Shown one piece after another: positions 1-7,180 of a DNA stretch of 32,000 nucleotides. Origin of the DNA: Edaphobacter aggregans (lineage in GTDB: Bacteria > Acidobacteriota > Terriglobia > Terriglobales > Acidobacteriaceae); contig NZ_RSDW01000001.1 of NCBI RefSeq assembly GCF_003945235.1, forward strand, positions 1,950,001-1,982,000. Direction: 5' to 3'. The notes beneath the pieces are model-generated. The model had not been told where the DNA came from. It saw only the letters and a list, made by a program, of their open reading frames with translations, and did no database searches. The translations under genes and the position numbers were made by a program. Within the stretch, counting starts at the first letter, position 1; every line of letters begins with the position of its first letter.

Positions 1-608
1 TGATGATGCTCGCGCGCAATCGGAGCCATCGCCTGCTGCAACACACCGTCAATGCGGTACTTCACCAGCAACGAATCATCAAACGTCTCCAGGTGAATAT
101 CCGAAGCCCGCCGTTCCAACGCCGTAAAGATCGTCGTGTCCACCAGCCGGATGATCGGCGAAATATCATCCTCGCTCGTCAGCCGTTCAATCGAGATATT
201 CTCGTCGCCATTCTCCTCGCTCGAAAGCACATCGAACGCCAGCCCTTCGCTCGCCTCATCGAGCACCCGCTGGCTCTGCTCCGTCTTCTTCAGCAGCTCA
301 GTAATCTGCGTCAGTGTCGCCACCCGCGTCACCAACCGCGTTCCCAGCAACCCCGAAATCTCATCCAGCACCATCAGCTTCGAGGGATCGCTCACAGCAA
401 TCGCCAGCCGCCCATCCAACTGCTCCAGCGGAACGAAGTTATACCGGAACATCATGTCCACAGGAACCCGCTTGAACAACTCATGCTGAATCTTGAAGTT
501 CTTCAAATCAACAAACTCGGCATGATACCGCCGCGCCAGCATCTGGGCGCGTTCCGCCTCATCCATGCCTAACTCGTTGATTGGTATAGCCAGAGGAATA
601 TTTCCCAT
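1..608 (-). CDS. Type II secretion / type IV pilus assembly ATPase (GspE/PilB family), N-terminal part; the gene runs off the left edge
   Basis: This minus-strand frame is absent from the ORF track because it has no stop in the window. My translation from ATG (608-606) reads MGNIPLAIPINELGMDEAERAQMLARRYHAEFVDLKNFKIQHELFKRVPVDMMFRYNFVPLEQLDGRLAIAVSDPSKLMVLDEISGLLGTRLV...ISPIIRLVDTTIFTALERRASDIHLETFDDSLLVKYRIDGVLQQAMAPIAREHH. That is a T2SSE_N-type N-domain followed by the start of the ATPase core (ASDIHLE, RIDG). An AGGAG lies about 10 nt upstream. Plus-strand ORFs 3..572 and 136..489 are its antisense shadows. Confidence 0.85.
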   Translation of the reverse strand, partial: MGNIPLAIPINELGMDEAERAQMLARRYHAEFVDLKNFKIQHELFKRVPVDMMFRYNFVPLEQLDGRLAIAVSDPSKLMVLDEISGLLGTRLVTRVATLTQITELLKKTEQSQRVLDEASEGLAFDVLSSEENGDENISIERLTSEDDISPIIRLVDTTIFTALERRASDIHLETFDDSLLVKYRIDGVLQQAMAPIAREHH

Positions 609-667
609 ACCCGTAAGACTCCTATTTTCTGCAACCGTTACCGCCGGCCATTCGCCACTACCATCAT

Positions 668-868
668 CTGCTGTTGCTTCTGTTTCCTGCTGTCGTTGTT
701 GTCATCCCCGAAGGGGATCTGCTTTGCCTTGTCCTTGTCTCTATTGCCCTTGCTTCCCTTTTTGCTTCTGTTCTTGCCGTTGCTTCTAGGTACGCCAAGG
801 CTTTAGCCTTGGCCCTCTCAATCCCAATCAGAGAAATGGGGGGCTTTAGCCCCTAGGGTATGACTTCC
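668..868 (+). repeat. Composite intergenic repeat, copy E1: (kTTGCy)n tract, GTCATCC..GGATCTGC palindrome, (kTTGCy)n tract, two-hairpin 3' module
   Basis: The core GTCATCCCCGAAGGGGATCTGC (701-722) contains the palindrome ATCCCC/GGGGAT. It is flanked by T/G/C hexamer-like tracts at 668-700 and 723-786. Next comes TAGGTACGCCAAGGCTTTAGCCTTGG...GGGGGCTTTAGCCCCTAGGGTATGACTTCC (787-868), with hairpins CCAAGGC/GCCTTGG and GGGGC/GCCCC. It is collinear with the copies at 3019-3158 and 28895-29013. Confidence 0.85.
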
Positions 869-1079
869 TTCCCCGATGCTCATTTTCACAGAAGCCAAGC
901 CTAATCGGACAACTCCAGACAACCCAAGCTCCCGTATCTGCAACAAAACACTCAAAACCAGCAACATCCACGCCGCGAATGTCCCTCAAGATCATCCCAC
1001 GATTCGCGGCAATCCGTCTGTTACCATTCTCCCGCATCTCCGGGCCCCCCACATCTACATCTTTTGGAGGACTAACCTC

Positions 1080-1643
1080 ATGAGCAGCGCACCCACGCCC
1101 CTGCACGAAGTCACCGGAAAAGCCATCAACTGGTCCATCGCCCTCAGCGTCCTGCTCATTCTGGCTGGCCTCTTCGCCATCTTCATCCCGCACATCGCCG
1201 GAATCGGCATCACCCTCTTCCTTGGCTACGCGATGTTCCTCTTCGGTATCATCCACATCGTCTTCGCCTTCAAAACCCACACCAAGGGCAGCGTCCTATG
1301 GGAGATCCTCGTCGGCCTCGCCTACATCTTCGCCGGCGCCTACCTCTTCTGGCATCCTCTACTCGGCCTTCTGTCACTCACCCTGCTGCTGGCCGTCTAT
1401 CTCGTCATCGCAGGCATCGTCGAGCTCGTCCACGCCTTCAAAGTCCGCCCGCGCGAAGGCTCCACCTGGCTCGTGATCGACGGCCTCGTCACCCTCCTTC
1501 TGGCCTTCATGATCTGGCGCTCCTGGCCCTATAGCTCCGTCTGGGCCATCGGAACCCTCATCGGCGTCAGCATGCTCTTCAGCGGATTCTCCCGCCTCAT
1601 GCTAGCCCTGTCCGCCAAAAAACTAGTCAACCGCTTAGCCTGA
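1080..1643 (+). CDS. hdeD: HdeD-family (DUF308-repeat) acid-resistance-type membrane protein, 187 aa
   Basis: This is the in-frame part of track ORF 876..1643. ATG at 1080 is preceded by GGAGG (1066-1070). The product is MSSAPTPLHEVTGKAINWSIALSVLLILAGLFAIFIPHIAG... with six hydrophobic spans and the repeated W..L.G.......G motif typical of HdeD/DUF308. The upstream 68 codons look non-coding. Confidence 0.75.
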   Translation: MSSAPTPLHEVTGKAINWSIALSVLLILAGLFAIFIPHIAGIGITLFLGYAMFLFGIIHIVFAFKTHTKGSVLWEILVGLAYIFAGAYLFWHPLLGLLSLTLLLAVYLVIAGIVELVHAFKVRPREGSTWLVIDGLVTLLLAFMIWRSWPYSSVWAIGTLIGVSMLFSGFSRLMLALSAKKLVNRLA

Positions 1644-1678
1644 CAACAGGGCCGGCTACCCAGGCCGCGCAAAAAAAC

Positions 1679-1745
1679 GTTGCCATTTCGACCGAAGCAG
1701 CTCACAGCAACATCGTGAGCTGCGCAGCGGAGAAACCCATCGCTT
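1679..1745 (+). repeat. Intergenic repeat, copy E6 (long form carrying the variable-stem hairpin)
   Basis: The hairpin is GCAGCTCAC-AGCAACATC-GTGAGCTGC (1697-1723). Its flanks (..CGAAG | GCAGCGGAGAAACCC..) are alignable to E4 and E5, and a T/G-rich tail CTTGTCTTTGCTTGC follows. It lies between the convergent hdeD and gspF-like genes. Confidence 0.7.
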
Positions 1746-1797
1746 ACTCGGAGCCAACGCAGCTCTTGTCTTTGCTTGCTACTCCCTCTTCCCTGCC

Positions 1798-2994
1798 CTA
1801 CTGCATCGCCCCTGCGCCCAAACTAAAGATCGGCAGATAAAGCGCAATCAGAATCGTCACCACCACCACGCCCATCACGATCAAAATCATCGGCTCAATC
1901 AAACTCATCGCCGCAGTCAGATTCGTCTGCACATCCTCCTCAAAAAACTCCGCAACCGAATTCAGCATCTGCGGCAACGCACCCGTCGACTCACCCACCT
2001 CGATCATCTCAATCGCCAGCTCCGGAAACACCTTCGTCTGCTGCAAACTAATCGCGAGCCCCTTGCCCTCCCGCACCGTCTCCACCGACGCAAACACCGC
2101 ATTTCCAATCTGTCGCGAATCAATCGACCGCGCCGCCGTCTCCAGCGAAGGCACCAGCGGCAAACCACCCGTCAGCAGCGTCGACAGCGTCCGCGCAAAC
2201 AACCCCACCTGATACTTCAGCCACACAGTCCCAAACAGCGGCAGACTAATCCGAACCCGATCAACCGCATTCGCCCCCGCGTCCGTCTTGATCCACCGAT
2301 AAAACAGAAACCCGATCAGTGCCACAACCGCCCCGACATACAGCCCATAGTGCTGAGCGTTCCGCCCCAGATCCAACAGAAACACCGTCAGCCACGGCAG
2401 CTTCGTCCCCAGCTGGTCATACAGCTGAGCAAACCGAGGCACCACAAACGTAATCAAAAAGATGAACAGCGCAATCACCATCACAATCAACAGCGCCGGA
2501 TAGATCAAACTCGCCTTCAGCTTCTTCCGAAACGTCAGCGACACCCGCTGAAAGTCCAGATACCGCTGCAACACCTCTTCCAGATTTCCCGACCGCTCCC
2601 CCGCCAGCAGCGTCGTCGTATACACCAGCGGAAACCCGCCTTGAGCCTCAAACGCCCCCGAGATCGACTCCCCCGTTTTCACCCGCGCCGCTACGTCCTC
2701 CAGCTGCCCGCGAAAGTGCGCCAGTTTCTGCCGCCGCCCCAGCAACTCCAGCGACCCCAGAATCGGCAACCCCGCCCGAATCAGCGTCAAAAACTGCTGA
2801 TTGAAGATCAGAAACGTCTCGAGCTTCACCTTCTTCTTACCCGAACTCCCCAGCACCCCGCGCGCCTTCACCGAGTAGACGTAATACCCCGCCTGCGTAA
2901 ACCGCGCCCTCAGTTCCTCAGCAGTAGCCGCAGCATGAGTCTGCTCCTGCACCCGCCCCCGCTCATCCGCCAGCTTTACAACAAATTCATTCAT
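1798..2994 (-). CDS. Type II secretion system F-family platform protein (GspF/PilC), 398 aa
   Basis: Track ORF 1798..3114 trimmed to ATG at 2994 (MNEFVVKLADERGRVQ...). The 40 upstream codons (..ATAKATAKANAGVLRSAQNDR..) translate repeat E2. The body has GspF/PilC hallmarks: two repeated T2SSF domains (LTLIRAGLPILGSLELL, GESISGAFEA..FPLVYTTTLLAGERSGNLEEVLQRY, EMIEVGESTGALPQML) and 3 TM segments. Confidence 0.9.
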   Translation of the reverse strand: MNEFVVKLADERGRVQEQTHAAATAEELRARFTQAGYYVYSVKARGVLGSSGKKKVKLETFLIFNQQFLTLIRAGLPILGSLELLGRRQKLAHFRGQLEDVAARVKTGESISGAFEAQGGFPLVYTTTLLAGERSGNLEEVLQRYLDFQRVSLTFRKKLKASLIYPALLIVMVIALFIFLITFVVPRFAQLYDQLGTKLPWLTVFLLDLGRNAQHYGLYVGAVVALIGFLFYRWIKTDAGANAVDRVRISLPLFGTVWLKYQVGLFARTLSTLLTGGLPLVPSLETAARSIDSRQIGNAVFASVETVREGKGLAISLQQTKVFPELAIEMIEVGESTGALPQMLNSVAEFFEEDVQTNLTAAMSLIEPMILIVMGVVVVTILIALYLPIFSLGAGAMQ

Positions 2995-3018
2995 AGCCCG
3001 ATCCCAAAAACCTGCTCT

Positions 3019-3158
3019 GTCATTCTGAGCGGAGCGAAGAACCCCCGCATTTGCCTTTGCTGTTGCTTTTGCCGTTGCTTCTAGGTACCCCAAGGCTTCA
3101 GCCTTGGGTCTCAATCCAATCAGAGGAAAAGGGGCTTTAGCCCCTGGGGTAAGCCTTC
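3019..3158 (+). repeat. Composite intergenic repeat, copy E2 (intermediate form)
   Basis: GTCATTCTGAGCGGAGCGAAGAACCCCCGC (3019-3048) is followed by the hexamers ATTTGCC TTTGCT GTTGCT TTTGCC GTTGCT (3049-3081). Then TAGGTACCCCAAGGCTTCAGCCTTGGG..AGGGGCTTTAGCCCCTGGGGTAAGCCTTC (3082-3158). TACCCC (3086-3091) can pair with GGGGTA (3146-3151), enclosing two hairpins. Confidence 0.85.
3121..3145 (-). terminator. Candidate intrinsic terminator for the diguanylate cyclase gene, supplied by repeat E2
   Basis: On the minus strand the hairpin AGGGGC-TAAA-GCCCCT is followed directly by TTTCCTCT. It lies about 70 nt after the stop at 3216. Confidence 0.4.
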
Positions 3159-3215
3159 TTAAACATCCAGCACAAACAACAAGTCCATATTAGACGTTCC
3201 ACTCCCCCATCCGCC

Positions 3216-4805
3216 TCAAGCCACCACCACCCGATTCCGCCCCAGATCCTTGGCCCGATAAAGAGCCATATCGGCAATCGTCACCAACTCCATTGCCTGC
3301 TGCCCATCCTGAGGCACAAGCCCCGCCACGCCAACACTCACCGTCTGCACACCCGCAGGACTTCCCGGATGCGGCATCTGCATCCTCTCCACCGCCTCAC
3401 AAATCCGTTCCGCAACGCGCTGCGCCCCATCAATCCCCTCCCCCGGCAGAATAACGGCAAACTCCTCTCCACCAAATCGCGCCGCGGCCCCTATTCCATC
3501 CTCGATGGTCTCAGCAATCACTCCCGCAATGCAGCGCAGACACTCATCACCCCCAAGATGCCCATAAATGTCGTTATATCTCTTGAACAAATCCGCATCC
3601 AGCAGCAGCAGCGCAATCGACCTCCGAGCATCCGCAGCCCGCCGCCACTCCTCCTCCAGCCGCACATTGAAAGCCCGCCGATTATCCAGCCCCGTCAGAT
3701 CATCCGCATGCGCCAGCCTCCGATAACGCCCCTCACTCTCCGCCAGCGACAGCTGCAGCTCCGCCCGCTCTTCCAGCAGCGCCGCCACAGGAAACATCGT
3801 AAAGATCGCCACCGCAAGAAAGATCTGCACAACCACAATCCGATGCAGCATCATGTGCGCGCCCGGAATCAGCATCAGCGGCCCATGCCCCTTCACCGTC
3901 AGCGCAATCGACCCAAACGCCACCACAAAGATCGTAAGAATCGTCCCCGAAAACCCCAGCCGAAACACAACCAGCAGCAACGCCGGATACAAAAAGAAGA
4001 TCAGCGGATCTTTGTCATGCGTAAACACCAGCACCGTCACAATCGCCGGCACCAGCAGCACCGTTAGCGTATGCGCTAACTGACCACGTCGCAGCACCTC
4101 GAAGAACCCCGGCCGCTGCAGCATAAACACCAGCGGTGCCAGCAGAGCCATCCCCAGCATGTCGCCCAGATACCACGTGCGCCACATCTTCCACCACGGC
4201 CCTGCGTCATAAAACAACAGCGTCCACGAGGCGCCCAGCGCACTCGTCAACGCCGCCACCGCCACAACCGCGACCCCCAGAAACCCAATCAAAGGACGGC
4301 GCTTGGACAGATTCAGCGGCCAGCCAAACCACCACGTCAGCACCAGGCACGAAACAACCACCTCTATCGAGTTCGCCAGCGACACCCCGATCGCCACTTT
4401 GAACGGATCGCCATACAAAACATCGGCCAGCGTATCCGCCAGTAACCCCATAGCAAAGTAAGCCAGCCACCGCTGCCGAGGCTGTGTAATCACCAGCCCA
4501 AACAGAATCCCATTCGACAGCCAGATCGTCGCCACGCCCTCCGACTGGTGCGACAGCACAATCCCCAGCCATGAGCACGTAGCCAGCACCACAAACGAAA
4601 TTGCCAGCCGCACACACGCCCCGCGCGTCCAGGTCTCCCGCGACCACGCCCCCCGCCAGAGCGAAACCGCAAAATCCCGCACGGCTTCCCTCGGTTCGGA
4701 CAGCGAAGCCTCAACCGATGACAGCGCGACCCTGCCCCCCTCACCCTTGGCAAGGCAAGCAGTACCCACGGACGGCTCTCTTGAAAGCTCCTGCATTCGA
4801 GTCAC
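3216..4805 (-). CDS. Membrane diguanylate cyclase: N-terminal MASE1-like polytopic sensor domain plus C-terminal GGDEF domain (GGEEF active site)
   Basis: The C-terminus reads DDLTGLDNRRAFN...LLLLDADLFKRYNDIYGHLGGDECL...RFGGEEFAVILPG...RAKDLGRNRVV, a complete GGDEF domain. The N-terminal 300 aa contain about 8 hydrophobic helices with ATIWLSNGILFGLVI, which resembles MASE1. The track start at 4805 is GTG; ATG at 4796 (MQELS..) is an equally possible start. Confidence 0.85.
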   Translation of the reverse strand: MTRMQELSREPSVGTACLAKGEGGRVALSSVEASLSEPREAVRDFAVSLWRGAWSRETWTRGACVRLAISFVVLATCSWLGIVLSHQSEGVATIWLSNGILFGLVITQPRQRWLAYFAMGLLADTLADVLYGDPFKVAIGVSLANSIEVVVSCLVLTWWFGWPLNLSKRRPLIGFLGVAVVAVAALTSALGASWTLLFYDAGPWWKMWRTWYLGDMLGMALLAPLVFMLQRPGFFEVLRRGQLAHTLTVLLVPAIVTVLVFTHDKDPLIFFLYPALLLVVFRLGFSGTILTIFVVAFGSIALTVKGHGPLMLIPGAHMMLHRIVVVQIFLAVAIFTMFPVAALLEERAELQLSLAESEGRYRRLAHADDLTGLDNRRAFNVRLEEEWRRAADARRSIALLLLDADLFKRYNDIYGHLGGDECLRCIAGVIAETIEDGIGAAARFGGEEFAVILPGEGIDGAQRVAERICEAVERMQMPHPGSPAGVQTVSVGVAGLVPQDGQQAMELVTIADMALYRAKDLGRNRVVVA

Positions 4806-5003
4806 ACATCTTTGATTCGCTTAAGTCCTGTCAGTGTAGCCCCTCCCCCACTTTCGCGGAGCTATTAAATCCATTACCTATGTAGACAACCCGCTGGAGC
4901 AATTCTTAAAACACCGCTCCTTCAGTCCTGCTTTGGCCCCCTCAGTCCGTTGACGCCTGATGATCGACCATCGCACCTTCTCCGCCAGTGACAGCATCGA
5001 TTT

Positions 5004-5684
5004 CTAGAGCCCGTTATTCTCGGACCTTTCGACCGCGACGTCATCGTGAGACTGATAGATGTGGTAGTGAGGCGTTCTCCGATAGCAGCTCAACCAGGAC
5101 AACCCCTCAATCACGTCGGCGGAATCCGGCGTCGTAAGCACGAGAACCAGGTGGCGCGGATGTTCCTTGAGGGTCGCGCTCAGATTGTCCAGAACCTTCC
5201 TTAGCACCGCTCCTCCGAATGGATTGAAGAGGTAAATGACCAGGTTTCGCAAGGGAAAGTCATAGTCGACCGCATCGATGTTGATGGATCGAATGCGATC
5301 GCACTTCCATCTCACATGCCGGCACCGAGCAATGTTCTCCAAAGCTTTCGCATGAAGCTCCTCTGCGAATTCAACCCCTTCTATGCTGTGAAAAGGAAAT
5401 TCAGCGGCCAGGAACAGCATCCGGCCTTTGCCCGAGCCAAGGTCGACAAAAACATGGTCCAAATGATTCTTAACGGGTAGATCCCTCAACGCCTCCCTCG
5501 CGCGCGCAGGCCGGGTGGGTAGATAGGCGAAACCGGACTTCTCAGTCCCCATCAGCGTCAACGAGTCAGACGATGCGAAGCCGGATGTTCTTACCCCCCG
5601 TGTGAGATCAAACCAGCACCCCTGTGCGAAGGTCAGTTGCCTTCGCAGCTCGTAAATCACTCTATCGGCGAATCGCGCGATCAC
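5004..5684 (-). CDS. Class I SAM-dependent methyltransferase, about 226 aa
   Basis: Motif I is VFVDLGSGKGRMLFLAA, and a Rossmann-type continuation follows (IEGVEF, VIYLFNPFGG). The track start at 5720 is TTG and overlaps the upstream gene by 40 nt. I prefer GTG at 5684, which forms a GTGA start/stop overlap with the upstream stop (5681-5683). Confidence 0.7.
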   Translation of the reverse strand: MIARFADRVIYELRRQLTFAQGCWFDLTRGVRTSGFASSDSLTLMGTEKSGFAYLPTRPARAREALRDLPVKNHLDHVFVDLGSGKGRMLFLAAEFPFHSIEGVEFAEELHAKALENIARCRHVRWKCDRIRSINIDAVDYDFPLRNLVIYLFNPFGGAVLRKVLDNLSATLKEHPRHLVLVLTTPDSADVIEGLSWLSCYRRTPHYHIYQSHDDVAVERSENNGL

Positions 5685-6817
5685 GGGGCTTTCGGGGGCA
5701 GCGTTGTGGGTTGAACCCAATGAGCGAGGCTGCCGAGGCGCTCCGGCAGAAACTGGACCGACGCGCTAAAAGCTTTGCGAACCCCCCGCCACACGAACGT
5801 TGGGCGATCAAGATATACCGCTGTAGTAGGAAGATATTCGCAATGGCGCAGAAGTGGGCCGCCCACTCCAGCCCAGAACAAGACCTTCCTGATCCGCGAT
5901 TTGACGATCAAGGATTCGAACAGATACCCACGCAATACTGTGCATAGCGACCTCTCCGGATACTCCGTGTCATTGTTCATCTGACAGAAAATGATCGCTC
6001 GATCAGCTTCGTACCAGCCGCCCACAATTGCTTGCCAGTCTCCATTCGCATCGCGTAGACCAGCGAGCATCCGGCGATCGACGGCCTCAAACATCCTTAG
6101 AGCTCGGTCCAGTCCCTTTTGCTCGGCTCCAACAACACCTTTTTGTAGCAGTCTAAACGAGACGTTTCGGAAGTCCTCAAGGCTCATCTCCGAGACGTAT
6201 TCGCCTCCGTCAGCCTCAAAACGGCGGCGATACGATCGGAAATTCCGGCGAGTTTTCGCTCCAAGGCGCTCAAGAAACGTCTCGTAGCTCTCCGTAAGAT
6301 CGAGAACGCAATGATTTTGAATCTCCGAATGATGCTCGTCCATGCCGTTGCGGTATTGAACCTCCTGAATGGCAACGTCGAATCGGTGATCGTTCGGGAT
6401 CAACAACCGCAGTCCCTGTATCCTCGAATCCCGCAGCAGACGGACCATGGCGATTTTGAAGACTTCGGTTGCATCTCCCGCAGAAGACACCACCATCGAA
6501 TCAAGAGTCGCGTCCGCATAGATCAAACCGGTCGGCCAAAACCCAACTTTTCTTTCTTTCGCATACACGATACCGCGGATTGCGCTTCCCTGCTTGACAA
6601 CAATGATTCGAGGAATCCACGACGTCGATTCGATGGATGCTAAAAAGAAGGCCGGCCCAGACGTTGCTTCCCGAGTCTGGAGAAGATGCTCGGCGGTTGA
6701 CACTAGGCGAAGCACCTTTTTGCGGGACGACAAAACCACTGCCGAGCAAGCATCCTTCGCATCGGCTCGGTCAGCAACAGCAGTAGTTGTCTGACTAGCA
6801 GACCTACTTGTTTTCAT
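5681..6817 (-). CDS. GNAT-fold, CelD/BioF2-like (FemAB-type) acyltransferase-family protein, 378 aa
   Basis: The segment ..SYETFLERLGAKTRRNFRSYRRRFEADGGEYVSEMS.. and the following GGWYEADRAIIFCQMNND block match the pattern I recall for Acetyltransf_6 / CelD-like proteins. This assignment rests on recall only. Codon usage is visibly less GC3-biased than in neighbouring genes. Confidence 0.55.
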   Translation of the reverse strand: MKTSRSASQTTTAVADRADAKDACSAVVLSSRKKVLRLVSTAEHLLQTREATSGPAFFLASIESTSWIPRIIVVKQGSAIRGIVYAKERKVGFWPTGLIYADATLDSMVVSSAGDATEVFKIAMVRLLRDSRIQGLRLLIPNDHRFDVAIQEVQYRNGMDEHHSEIQNHCVLDLTESYETFLERLGAKTRRNFRSYRRRFEADGGEYVSEMSLEDFRNVSFRLLQKGVVGAEQKGLDRALRMFEAVDRRMLAGLRDANGDWQAIVGGWYEADRAIIFCQMNNDTEYPERSLCTVLRGYLFESLIVKSRIRKVLFWAGVGGPLLRHCEYLPTTAVYLDRPTFVWRGVRKAFSASVQFLPERLGSLAHWVQPTTLPPKAP

Positions 6818-7180
6818 CTCGTGAGATCCCCTCTCGGCAGGGCCCCAACTGCAAATTCAACTTCTGGCCGATACTGCTTACATGAGCAGTACCTGGCGAT
6901 CACATTTTCCTCATGTGACCTTCAGCGACACCGAGCTTAACATCACACAGCATCGCCTGTCCCATCAATGTGATCTCGAATCATCGAATTACGACATTCA
7001 CTTGGCGTATGGGTGCGGGCTAACCCTATGTAGAGTCTCAGTTGGCCACAAAGAGTCCGAGTCTCTCATCGAGCAGATAATCCTGCAGCGTTTCGGGGGC
7101 TTGTCGGCAATTTTTTGGAGTAATCCATTTGGGCACTGCAACTCCTACCTCATCGGCTCGATGTACCTTAAACTCTGACC

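Noticed and set aside
3-572. Track ORFs 3..572 (+, 189 aa) and 136..489 (+)
   Set aside because: Their R/Q/H/L- or S-rich low-complexity translations lie exactly antisense to a well-formed GspE/PilB N-terminal frame on the minus strand. They are high-GC shadow ORFs.
1-608. An MshEN-type c-di-GMP binding site in the N-terminus of the ATPase, which would link it to the neighbouring cyclase
   Set aside because: I could not find the RLGxx(L/V/I)(L/V/I)xxG(L/V/I)(L/V/I)xxxxLxxxLxxQ-type motif in the translated N-terminal 200 aa. The link therefore stays speculative and is not claimed.
668-3081. The hexamer (kTTGCy)n tracts and repeated palindromes considered as a possible CRISPR array
   Set aside because: The units are 6 nt and degenerate. 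There are no 25-40-nt direct repeats separated by unique spacers, and no cas genes are present. They are parts of the dispersed intergenic repeat.
2350-4885. Plus-strand ORFs 2350..3084, 3369..4067, 3853..4083, 4136..4402 and 4601..4885, and minus-strand off-frame ORFs 4015..4197, 4207..4647 and 4490..4753
   Set aside because: All overlap the GspF-like or GGDEF genes in other frames. Their compositions (R/Q/H/P or G/A/C/R-rich) are typical of non-coding frames of GC-rich genes, and they have no RBS or motif support.
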